From a virus (taxonomy: Duplodnaviria > Caudoviricetes), in IMG/VR virus record IMGVR_UViG_3300014613_000101, positions 1 through 25,268 of that record: 25,268 bases of DNA, one strand, 5' to 3'. Below the pieces are notes generated by a model that ran no database searches, was not told the origin of the DNA, and saw only the letters and a program-made list of their open reading frames with translations. Both the position numbers and the translations under genes were made by a program. Shown in pieces: positions 10,101 through 17,413 of this stretch (position 1 is its first letter; each line of letters opens with the position of its first letter).

Positions 10101-10726
10101 CGTGCAATGTCAGGCACCATGCGAGCAATAACACTCTCACTGATGCCTGCACCAATAAACGCTTGCGTCGTTTTGCTCAATTCTGCAAATGTGATTGGAA
10201 ATTCAGTCGTCGCCTTGCGAACCTGAATGAGAACCAGTTCAATGCCTTTCCGCATCTGATCCGTAACTTCGCCGGATGTAGCCCCCCATCTCAACATTTC
10301 GGATCGTGCTCTGTCAACTTCAATAATATAACCACCAATCTCTCTGACAGCAGCAATAGGGGCTTGTACCGCAGCAAACAACACGGCACGGGCAAGATAC
10401 CACCGCATCTGTACTTTTATCATCATTTCCGTGTCGGTGATGAGGCTCCTTATAGCACCTCCCGCACCCATGGTTAATTTATCGCCAAAACGACTGCCCG
10501 CAGCACCGCCTTTATCAAAGGTTGTGGCTAATTTATCAACGGTTGTTACGAGGGTATTGATGGAACCACGAAGCACATCCATTTCTTTGGCGAGCTTCGT
10601 GATTCCTGGAGGAGATTTCTTTCCTATATTACCAAGAGCTGTGGCAAGATTCGTTACAGCATTTGTAACCTGAGCAAACCCCTTCTCGGTGGCTTCAAGC
10701 AAGACTTCTGTTTTCGTCGGGGGCAT
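7133..10726 (-). CDS. Tail tape measure protein
   Basis: 1197 aa, helical and Ala/Leu/Lys-rich, hydrophobic central part, C-terminal FHAGGVVG...RYHSGL..DEFPAILQKGE; follows the chaperone genes. Confidence 0.93.
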   Translation of the reverse strand: MPPTKTEVLLEATEKGFAQVTNAVTNLATALGNIGKKSPPGITKLAKEMDVLRGSINTLVTTVDKLATTFDKGGAAGSRFGDKLTMGAGGAIRSLITDTEMMIKVQMRWYLARAVLFAAVQAPIAAVREIGGYIIEVDRARSEMLRWGATSGEVTDQMRKGIELVLIQVRKATTEFPITFAELSKTTQAFIGAGISESVIARMVPDIARMQTAFKEINFEQFAVALTGTFNVFKESMKGAADEADAFAAIVDKLMKAQATGIIRPEQFTTVMQYMSQVGKLAGFTLDQILAMSVAITDTGIKAQSASRLMASLMLSLSSPERLQMLKNIGITLDRTLPMAAQFDELLTKFGEKIGRGGAIPLGWMGVIQEIAGKEQAKILVTMIERLKEYKDLLKAIEESKGGLIAAADIMKMPISSQWVIFLSILKEIGTGVGSGAAVALKEIMATLVDMANGALVAADRTGIFADKLDKLGSAGKTTRDVFNSLITIIDQLKSLFGVFGTILAPITKLFGGLGVAIELLTTFYIGKLLIGFKSLSVSAGLLSSAFIAGGLKISGWGIKLAGAGTALAILGRGILSFLTGPLVLLTVGIVGLTELFRYLNAEMDKTEKRDLGFANMLQAAKSSQLAKEKSDRAARLTQIDEEIAKNKQLVATADTIFKGVGTEVGRAQEALKKLRSERDQLRWEISAITGREKTLLGEKGPPKKVVPGEPALPEDIKGYESRIRDAMMKMLKAENQIAEYKRQQALANLELEHKVLGLADAEYNARKVAIAKQATDEQMGNLEAAWPKIEALYIKELEHARFSDEKKLALAASRTAAEAEFEKLKEKIATDVVKAGVTERVANYEDYRKAIERIQKSIYDITISNIDEITDAEKASFTIRQAAIEDLYSRGIISAGEYFDKLKAIAIEGTESRIKAETAKLQAYFDQMSNISSSLSEIGVDLPADVKEAFGAESTAKMNAYADAVKKIRTDLMLLFADLDLKAKETPAIVFQALKGIDTFNKYLDEVSKDFDNWGLQLKAAADALAKGIAESFSTFFFDAMKGELKSLGDYWNSFTNMILQMIAKIMAEWVALKVIGGVKGGGTLLAELFASFFHAGGVVGSTNAPMRLVPAGAFANASRYHSGLSGDEFPAILQKGETIIPKGSGFGSKSVVVNIKNETGTPVQSKNVKIDFNLEQLVVGIILKNKQQNGPLRYM

Positions 10727-10729
10727 GAT

Positions 10730-11086
10730 TCACTCCTTTTTCTCTTCTTCCATAACATAAAATTCACGAGAGCAGTTTTCACAATCCTGAGTGCCTTTTT
10801 TCTTTGCTCTACATGCTTCACAGTAAGCACCTTCAGGGTCTGTTTTCAACGATATGCTTTTCTTCGTGACTGTTGTTGAGAATATCGCTAAAATCGATTC
10901 TCGAAAGATAATCTCTCTAAATCGCAGGTGCAGATAAACATCACTTTCCTCAGGAGTGAACTCCCACATTACACTGTCTCGTTTTGTTAAATCACCCCCC
11001 GTCAAGATTGCAACGTTTCGGTCGATCCAATTCCCTTCTCCGAAAATTTCTCGACACCTTCCGTCATCTTCTCCACCCCTTTTCCC
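10730..11086 (-). CDS. gpT-like part of the tail assembly chaperone, probably expressed as G-T by -1 frameshift
   Basis: Open -1 frame overlapping the 3' end of the gpG-like gene and ending 3 nt before the tape measure ATG; slippery G GGA AAA at 11080-11086; AILTGGDLTKRD motif. Confidence 0.7.
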   Translation of the reverse strand, partial: GKRGGEDDGRCREIFGEGNWIDRNVAILTGGDLTKRDSVMWEFTPEESDVYLHLRFREIIFRESILAIFSTTVTKKSISLKTDPEGAYCEACRAKKKGTQDCENCSREFYVMEEEKKE

Positions 11087-11409
11087 ATCTTTTCTAACCA
11101 CGAAGGAATCGGGTTGCATTCGAAAAAATCCTCGATTATCTCCATGATCTGATCGACTCCTAATTCCCACTCAAACAGCTCCAACATCTCGTCAATGTTT
11201 TTATTCTTTGCCGTTTGCCCTTCAGGAATTAATACAATCCCAACCAATCGAGGAATCCTCGCTTCAAATATAGTAAGAATGTCCCGAGGTGACGGGCTTG
11301 AGGGCAATTCCATTCCTTCAACTTCTTTAATCAACTGTTTGACTTGCCCCCAAACGAGGCGTCGTTGCGTAAATACTTGTCCTCCAATCTCATACTTTTT
11401 ATTCTCCAT
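11002..11409 (-). CDS. Tail assembly chaperone (gpG-like)
   Basis: 135 aa between tail tube and tape measure; AAGGAG SD; overlapping downstream -1 frame. Confidence 0.8.
   Translation of the reverse strand: MENKKYEIGGQVFTQRRLVWGQVKQLIKEVEGMELPSSPSPRDILTIFEARIPRLVGIVLIPEGQTAKNKNIDEMLELFEWELGVDQIMEIIEDFFECNPIPSWLEKMGKGVEKMTEGVEKFSEKGIGSTETLQS
11080..11086 (-). other. Candidate -1 ribosomal frameshift heptamer GGGAAAA
   Basis: In-frame ATG GGA AAA gives X XXY YYZ, close to lambda G/T GGGAAAG; an alternative T TTT TTC lies at 11122-11128. Confidence 0.6.
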
Positions 11410-11439
11410 CTCCTTTTCTCCTTTTTCAGTTATCTCCTA

Positions 11440-12426
11440 TTACAACCCAAGCTGTGTGGCACTTGAAGGAGTCACAAGTTGTGCATACATCGCAGAAGCA
11501 TTTACATCATTTGAGTAGTAACCCTCAAATGGAAGTTCAACAACAACACCCGCGGGCCCGGTGACGACAGGCGCGTTTGGAGAGAAGATCAATTCGGGAA
11601 CATACAACGTGAATTTCTCATTGCCTGCGGTTGCACCACCACCATTTCCTTTTGTAAATGCAACATTCAACGATGTTTCAGTATTGTTGATCGCTTTGTT
11701 ATAAAGCGTAACATCTTCAAACACCGCCCGAACCGTTCCCGAAACCCTTGAAGTGCCTGCAGGCAGCGAACGCCTCTGACCTGTTTTATCGATGACATAA
11801 TTCCCACCATCGAGGCTGTTTTCAAGTGAGAAGTCAACCTCAGTGACCGTTGCCAGTTCAGCTCCCGCTTCTGCAATCGAAGCCTCCATTGCATCGAAGG
11901 GAGTGTGACCAAGATCAGTTGCGGTTGTATCGAAAGATTCGCCAGAAACAACTTCTTTCTTGCCCATAAGACTAACAACACAATCAACCATGCCTTCAGT
12001 ACGTGCTGTCAATCTAAACGAATTAGCTTTACAGCCCGTATACTGGAAGTATTTCGGTACGGCAAGATCGGTAAATTGCTTCTCGACTGTCATCCCTACA
12101 GGTAGTTCGCCACTGATTTTAAATGTGTGAGTATATGGAGCAGCTTCTCCGACTGAACCCACAGAACCAAAAATGTGTTTGAGTAAACGTCCATACTGGG
12201 GCGACAATTCGAAATTGATGTCTCCAGTTACCTCCACATTGCCACGAGCAGGAGGATATGGATTGCGATTACTGCGAATCGTTTTCGATGTGACAAGATT
12301 TCTTGACTGCCTCAAGCTCTCACTCACATAGGGCAATATGAAAGCGTTTGGAGCTGTCGGCGCCAGCCCGTATGTCGTCTCAGTATCATGGATAATTTGT
12401 ACCCTGCTTCCCGATTGTTGTGCCAT
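11440..12426 (-). CDS. Major tail (tube) protein
   Basis: 328 aa, beta-rich; ETTYG..P, SESL, VTGDINFEL, YTHTF, YTGCK, VSGTV..FED motifs typical of siphophage tube proteins; position before chaperones. Confidence 0.85.
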   Translation of the reverse strand: MAQQSGSRVQIIHDTETTYGLAPTAPNAFILPYVSESLRQSRNLVTSKTIRSNRNPYPPARGNVEVTGDINFELSPQYGRLLKHIFGSVGSVGEAAPYTHTFKISGELPVGMTVEKQFTDLAVPKYFQYTGCKANSFRLTARTEGMVDCVVSLMGKKEVVSGESFDTTATDLGHTPFDAMEASIAEAGAELATVTEVDFSLENSLDGGNYVIDKTGQRRSLPAGTSRVSGTVRAVFEDVTLYNKAINNTETSLNVAFTKGNGGGATAGNEKFTLYVPELIFSPNAPVVTGPAGVVVELPFEGYYSNDVNASAMYAQLVTPSSATQLGL

Positions 12427-12429
12427 GGC

Positions 12430-12636
12430 TTATTCCCCTTTCTTTCTTGATTTGGCTGTGACAATTGGCGCCCACTCTTCTTCAGGTGCTAATGGGACAT
12501 CAACCTTCTTTACGAGCCCTTTTCTTAATAAAATATTTGCCAAATAATCCGGAACATCCTTTGGAACACCCAAACGAAATTCCCCCGCCTCCCCAAATCC
12601 CATTCTTAGTGGTCCCTCATTATAAAATACTTTCAT
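12430..12636 (-). CDS. Small hypothetical protein of the virion module (68 aa)
   Basis: Strong GGAGGT SD; tightly packed between tail terminator and tube; G...DVPD.LA..LL.KG pattern with a basic tail. Confidence 0.7.
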   Translation of the reverse strand: MKVFYNEGPLRMGFGEAGEFRLGVPKDVPDYLANILLRKGLVKKVDVPLAPEEEWAPIVTAKSRKKGE

Positions 12637-12650
12637 ATGCCCTACCTCCC

Positions 12651-13073
12651 TTAAGGGGTTCCGATTTTATGACGATATATAATTGCATAATCTAACACCA
12701 TGCTGCTGAGGGCTCGTGTTGGATCAAGAACAAACAAATTCGAACCAATGCGACCTGAAGTAACCGCAAGTCCCCCAAGAAGATGATCAGCCGCCATCGC
12801 CGTATGAACTTGACCAAGCAAAACCTCCTGATCGTTTCTTTCATCGGACCAAATTTCCAAGTTCAAGATCCATTCCCAATTCTCGTACCCAATAACGGCA
12901 CGATCATCGCCCAATTTTGTTTCTGCATCAGAATATATGAAAGCGCATGGGAACGCAATTGTTTCCAGATCAATCATAGAAGTTTTATTCACTTCAACAG
13001 CTTTAATACTTGACACACCTTCAAGTATTGTTTTAATTTTCACAAGAATCTGTTGGCGCTTTGTATCTGCCAT
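12651..13073 (-). CDS. Tail terminator / tail completion protein (lambda gpU-like)
   Basis: 140 aa acidic; N-terminal TKRQQIL..IK..L, FPC..IY, D..LGGLA, final IIYRH; position. Confidence 0.7.
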   Translation of the reverse strand: MADTKRQQILVKIKTILEGVSSIKAVEVNKTSMIDLETIAFPCAFIYSDAETKLGDDRAVIGYENWEWILNLEIWSDERNDQEVLLGQVHTAMAADHLLGGLAVTSGRIGSNLFVLDPTRALSSMVLDYAIIYRHKIGTP

Positions 13074-13669
13074 TATCTACCCTTTCTTATGGCAACATAT
13101 CCAAAATCGTAGTCGGTAAAGGCATTCTTGAATGCTGTACTGATTGTCATCCTCATGTCCTCACGCACTTCGTTCAAATCAACGGAAGGCTTTACCGAAA
13201 CTTGTTTAACAAGGTTGAACATTGGTGTGGTTCCCTTCCCATAATACAATAAATAACCCTTTGATTTATCTTTATTACGCCAAGGATGAAATGCAAAGTT
13301 ATAATCCATCAAAGAATCAACTGAATTCTGTCTTCCTCGCGCCCATGCATTCATAGGAATGGCAAGATGCTTTTTATGCACAGGCCTAATAATAGTGGGA
13401 GAAGTTCCATATTTAGCCTGTACATTTGCAAACGGAACACCTTCTCCGACAACTAACCGCGCAGTGGCTCCTTTCGGAGTCCTATTGTAAAGAAGTTTCG
13501 TGTGAGCCTTCAATCGCTTCCCAGGTAATTGTCGTTTCACATCAGCCAAAATTGATCCCAAAGAATCCTTCATTGCGTCTTCCATCATCAAAGGCACAGA
13601 ACGACCGCGAGCAATCGAACGTGCTCGATAATCTTTCTTCGTAATAGAAATTGCAAGCAACTCAGGCAT
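13073..13669 (-). CDS. Neck / tail-completion protein (HK97 gp10-like), basic
   Basis: 198 aa Lys/Arg-rich; VPFA.VQ..YG, IIRP..KKHLAIP, F.L.KQVSV; position between connector and terminator. Confidence 0.6.
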   Translation of the reverse strand: MPELLAISITKKDYRARSIARGRSVPLMMEDAMKDSLGSILADVKRQLPGKRLKAHTKLLYNRTPKGATARLVVGEGVPFANVQAKYGTSPTIIRPVHKKHLAIPMNAWARGRQNSVDSLMDYNFAFHPWRNKDKSKGYLLYYGKGTTPMFNLVKQVSVKPSVDLNEVREDMRMTISTAFKNAFTDYDFGYVAIRKGR

Positions 13670-13670
13670 T

Positions 13671-14255
13671 TTAATATTCCCCTGCTGGTCTACGATAGTT
13701 TACCAACAAAGTCTTCACTTCGGGGAGCAGAAACGCATCGATTGGATTCTTGCTGATTGAACCATCAGGCATCGACACTGACGAAATCCCAATGTCCTTC
13801 CGCCTTCTGAAGTTATATGCACTCTGCCGCAACGCTGCATCCTTCATCATGTCTGGAACAGCGAGACATTCCGTATCACTTTCTCCGCTCGCTGCGTACC
13901 CTCCAGTCCAAACAATAACAACTTCTTTTGGATCGGTGTACGTTGGTATGGCACTTTTCTGAAACTCAATAAGTCCATCATCTGCGCGAACAAAGAAGTT
14001 TGTGTCCTTCGTCTGAGCCGTGCCATCACAAGTCACAGTTAGTGTTGCTGATTCATCGATAGGATAGGCTGAGAGATAATAATACCGTCTCCCTGCATCC
14101 CTACGAACTGTCCGTGCAGCTTTGAGAAGATTTCGATTGAGATGTGTTTCAATGGCAGCCGATACACGCTCGATAATTCCTCGTAGCAACCCATCGTGGT
14201 TCGTATCGGTCTTCTCCATGAACTCTTTTACGTCTGTCAGAGAGATCAACCTCAT
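13671..14255 (-). CDS. Head-tail connector (adaptor; HK97 gp6 / phiE125 gp8-like) with internal beta insertion
   Basis: LISLTDVKEFM, D.LL..IIE..S..IE.HLNR, V..TGGY, VPD..K.A, LPEVK.LL..YRR. Confidence 0.85.
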   Translation of the reverse strand: MRLISLTDVKEFMEKTDTNHDGLLRGIIERVSAAIETHLNRNLLKAARTVRRDAGRRYYYLSAYPIDESATLTVTCDGTAQTKDTNFFVRADDGLIEFQKSAIPTYTDPKEVVIVWTGGYAASGESDTECLAVPDMMKDAALRQSAYNFRRRKDIGISSVSMPDGSISKNPIDAFLLPEVKTLLVNYRRPAGEY

Positions 14256-14265
14256 TATTCACTCC

Positions 14266-14517
14266 CTATTTCCTTCCCTTGCCGCCTCTACGAATGATCG
14301 GAGCCCCGGCTTCCATATCAAGAATCGCTCTGTTCTCAAGCACAGGCTCCTCTTTCTTCGGTTCCTCAGCTTTCGGCTCTTCTTTTGCAAGGTTCGTTGG
14401 TTCAAGCTTCCAGTGAAATTCCTGGATTTCTTTCTCAGATAAATCAACCACGTCGCCAGGAACAAACTCTTTATTGCCAAGCTTGTATGCATAACCTGTT
14501 CTGACTTTCATCAACAT
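14266..14517 (-). CDS. Small hypothetical head-module protein (83 aa)
   Basis: Start reassigned to ATG 14517 (AAGGGG SD, 8 nt); PGDVVDLSE motif, EEPK repeats, basic tail. Confidence 0.65.
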   Translation of the reverse strand: MLMKVRTGYAYKLGNKEFVPGDVVDLSEKEIQEFHWKLEPTNLAKEEPKAEEPKKEEPVLENRAILDMEAGAPIIRRGGKGRK

Positions 14518-14541
14518 AACACATTCCCCTTTTTTAAGATT

Positions 14542-14566
14542 GGGCGGGTCGAGCAACAACCCGCCC
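14542..14566 (-). other. Intergenic stem-loop without U-tract
   Basis: GGGCGGGUUG-UUGCU-CGACCCGCCC, 10-bp stem just after the stop of the 139-aa gene. Confidence 0.6.
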
Positions 14567-14574
14567 TACATTTA

Positions 14575-14994
14575 TTACGTGGCAGGTTTGATCGACGGTT
14601 CCCCAAGAGACACTGTGGCGCCAAAGAACAACGTCGGTGAACTGCCGCCCGTGAAATCTGGGGTAACAACAAGCTTGACATACCGCTCGCTTGCACGAAG
14701 ATCAATATTGATTTCCTGATCCTGATCAGCCACAGTTGTGACCTCACCTGAAACATTCGCCGTCGCTCCTGAAATATCTACAAACGAACCAGTTGACATT
14801 GCACTATCCTGAATCTTGCAAGCGACATTGATCGATGTAGGAGTGCTTGTATACTTCCCTGCAACGAGAGTAAACACAGCACTCAAATATCCTAACCGAT
14901 CAATGACAACACCATCATGTGCAACCTCGCCCGACAACGCCCGCGGAGTGAAAGCAACAAGGGTTTTGATTTCCCCACCTACGGTATCACTCAT
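14575..14994 (-). CDS. Putative capsid decoration/cement protein
   Basis: 139 aa beta-rich, directly after the capsid gene; G.VIDRLGY, KIQDS...FVDI.GA, RYVKLVVT; strong AAGGAGGT SD. Confidence 0.6.
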   Translation of the reverse strand: MSDTVGGEIKTLVAFTPRALSGEVAHDGVVIDRLGYLSAVFTLVAGKYTSTPTSINVACKIQDSAMSTGSFVDISGATANVSGEVTTVADQDQEINIDLRASERYVKLVVTPDFTGGSSPTLFFGATVSLGEPSIKPAT

Positions 14995-15016
14995 GATAAC
15001 CTCCTTCGTTTTTTTG

Positions 15017-15042
15017 TAGTGGGGAGATTTCTCCCCCCACTA
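15017..15042 (-). other. Stem-loop with GAAA tetraloop after the capsid gene (no U-tract)
   Basis: UAGUGGGGGGA-GAAA-UCUCCCCACUA, 11-bp stem, followed by an A-run. Confidence 0.65.
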
Positions 15043-15046
15043 ATCC

Positions 15047-16243
15047 TTAATTACCTGACGCGGCGTCATTGCACAGGCAGAAGGACGCAGCATGACGAAC
15101 TGCGATGTCCACTTCCTGCAGGATACGAATCCATGTCTGATCCTTCTCGAACGCATCGCTCGTTTCCGTGGAGAGAGCGATCTCCATCCCACCCCACTGA
15201 CCGATGATCAGTTCCATCCAGTTGCCAAAGTAAACTTCAGTCAGATCAGTCCCTGTAGTCTTCGTCAGGTTTACTGGAATCTGAGTCGTCATCTTGTACG
15301 GATAGCCAAGCCATACCTGGAACAAGCTTTCCGTAAGCGGCATGACAACATATGCACCATCAGTCTGACCGCTGAACTGAGCAACCTTCTGCTTCATCAG
15401 CTTGCGCTTCAGAGCAGGGTGAATCGCGTAGCCGAGTTTGCCCTTCAGAGCATTGTCCTCAGCCAGCGCATACTCCATATCGAGCAGATGATCCCACGTC
15501 AGAGTTCCGCCGGCAGCACCAATTGCAACAGTGTTGATTCCTGACGTTGACGCGATGCCTGTGGGTTGATTTGTACTGCCCGTTCCACGAAGAGCTTTCA
15601 GATCGATCTGAAGAGCAATCGCTGAAGAAATGTCCCTTCTTACCAGACCTTCAGCAGACGGGTTCGCGAGTTTGATCAGCGAATTGCTGAGCTTCACGAG
15701 GGCGCCGACTTTCTTCGGAGTTAGCGAGAGCTGTTCCAAAGTCAAATCAGAACCAGTGATCGCTGCATTTTCAGCGACCCAGTATCCCGTAGCCCCTGCA
15801 CTCTGACGAGGAATCTGAACAGGGGAACCCTGAAGATCAGAGAGAACTGTCGCGCCGAGTGCCATGACGATAGCCTCAGCCCGAAGCAGTTCGATCAATT
15901 CAGCAATGTAAATCGTAGGCACGATGTAGCCACCTGTAGGTCCCGTGCCCATCGCCATTGCCCGTTTTCGCGTGTTGTCAAATACCTCTTTTTCAAAACC
16001 CGCGTTATCCCAATTCTGGGTTTTGATAGCCCAAACCGACTTGAAGAAACTGAATTTTTCCTTCTCATCTTCGAGACCCGGCAGAATGACTTTTCGGGGG
16101 GTTACGAGCTTTTCCATCTCAGCAATCCGTACCTCAAGACCCGGGATCATCGCGATAGCGGCTTTCACCTTATCGTCAACACTCATGAGAAGCAACGACT
16201 TCTGTTCCTCAAGCAACTTTTTGATTTCAGCAAGCATGTCCAT
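15047..16243 (-). CDS. Major capsid protein, HK97 family, with N-terminal delta domain
   Basis: KRAMAMGTGPTGGYIVPT, YWVAEN, L.PKKVGAL..SN.L, L.GTG..NQPTGI, LGYP, YFGNW, F.KDQ..IR...VD.AVRH..SF. Confidence 0.96.
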   Translation of the reverse strand: MDMLAEIKKLLEEQKSLLLMSVDDKVKAAIAMIPGLEVRIAEMEKLVTPRKVILPGLEDEKEKFSFFKSVWAIKTQNWDNAGFEKEVFDNTRKRAMAMGTGPTGGYIVPTIYIAELIELLRAEAIVMALGATVLSDLQGSPVQIPRQSAGATGYWVAENAAITGSDLTLEQLSLTPKKVGALVKLSNSLIKLANPSAEGLVRRDISSAIALQIDLKALRGTGSTNQPTGIASTSGINTVAIGAAGGTLTWDHLLDMEYALAEDNALKGKLGYAIHPALKRKLMKQKVAQFSGQTDGAYVVMPLTESLFQVWLGYPYKMTTQIPVNLTKTTGTDLTEVYFGNWMELIIGQWGGMEIALSTETSDAFEKDQTWIRILQEVDIAVRHAASFCLCNDAASGN

Positions 16244-16325
16244 TTTTTTTGTCCCTTTCTTTTTAGTTGTTTAGTTTTTGTTAATTCTCCCTTATGATTT
16301 AATTCGCTCTCAATTGATTCATTGT

Positions 16326-16967
16326 CTATTCGGACTGAATCTTAAAAGCCAATTTCATCTCCTCAGTAACCGACTTAAAAACATCGAGAACACCATCAGC
16401 GTCCTCTGTCTTCAATTCAATCTCATTCTTCTTATCTTTTCCGATCACTTCCTCAACTTCCTTCTCCTTGCGTTTTTCAAGCTCGGCATCAAGGGCTTCA
16501 ATCGTCTTCCGAGCAATCTCATCACAGATTGTTTTCACTGCCGTTTCAAGCAGAGCAAGAAAATCTTTCCTCGCCTCCTCAGAATCAGCATAGAATTTCG
16601 CCTTCAGCTCATCTATCATTTCCTTAAGATCGTCGATTCCCATGATTATTTCCTCCTCCTCAATAGATTTGGTGACATCCGGATGTGCCTTAACCCACGC
16701 CTTTGCCTTTGTCATATCCCAACCATCTGCTTTTGGAAATCGCAGACTTTGAATTTTCCATTCGTTATCTTCATTCTTCAACTTGCCAATTACAGCTCTT
16801 ACCTTGGGCTTGTCGGCCTTAATTGTAATGTACCGAAATTTAGAAAAAAGTTCAGGTTCCCGCACACGATGGCGAATTTCATTTTCCGTCTCTTCCCATT
16901 TCTTTATGTCAACATCAAGAACTTTATGAATCAAGCCTGTCTCTCCCAACTCATGTTTAATTTTCAT
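16326..16967 (-). CDS. Head-associated hypothetical protein: small globular domain plus acidic coiled-coil tail
   Basis: GGAGGA SD; N-domain WEETENEIRHRVREP..F..FR.I.I....V.AVIGKLK...IQSLRF.K..GW...KAKAWVK.H; Glu/Lys heptad-like C-terminus; directly before capsid. Confidence 0.8.
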   Translation of the reverse strand: MKIKHELGETGLIHKVLDVDIKKWEETENEIRHRVREPELFSKFRYITIKADKPKVRAVIGKLKNEDNEWKIQSLRFPKADGWDMTKAKAWVKAHPDVTKSIEEEEIIMGIDDLKEMIDELKAKFYADSEEARKDFLALLETAVKTICDEIARKTIEALDAELEKRKEKEVEEVIGKDKKNEIELKTEDADGVLDVFKSVTEEMKLAFKIQSE

Positions 16968-16970
16968 TTC

Positions 16971-17411
16971 TTATCCTCCTTTTTCCTTAAACCCCAGACA
17001 TTTTCCGTCCGCATCAAGATGTACATCCATGCATCCACACTGATAAACACCTGGAATTGGACTCACGTTGAATTTGCATTCGCCGTTATCACAGGTCAGA
17101 CCGACCTTCCGTAGCAAGCACCCTTCTTGCGTCCATTTCGCACAACGTGTATTATCACAGAAATATCTACCCAGTCCTTTACGTACCTGAGATTCCACAT
17201 TTGGGATGGCGGGTCCTTTTATATCAATCAATTCTCCATCGTCCCCGCATTTTCTACAAAGGGTTTCATCGGTTATATCCCACGCCTCATCACCTGTTTG
17301 ATTTCCAGCCCGATCCATAAACACTATATCTGCGCGTTGTTTCTCATCACCCTCTTGATACGCAATTCTGTTCATGACATGGCTTTTTGCACATTCCAGA
17401 CATACTTTCAT
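16971..17411 (-). CDS. Cys-rich (12 Cys) putative metal-binding hypothetical protein
   Basis: CLEC...CRKC pair, then CDNTRC..C and CDNGECKFN..CGC..C; gaps of 2 and 3 nt to its neighbours. Confidence 0.75.
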   Translation of the reverse strand: MKVCLECAKSHVMNRIAYQEGDEKQRADIVFMDRAGNQTGDEAWDITDETLCRKCGDDGELIDIKGPAIPNVESQVRKGLGRYFCDNTRCAKWTQEGCLLRKVGLTCDNGECKFNVSPIPGVYQCGCMDVHLDADGKCLGFKEKGG

Positions 17412-17413
17412 TT

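Noticed and set aside
16278-17114. 278-aa + strand ORF and other + strand ORFs across 2-23 kb
   Set aside because: Antisense to tightly packed - strand genes that have SD sequences and recognisable motifs; no coherent protein signal
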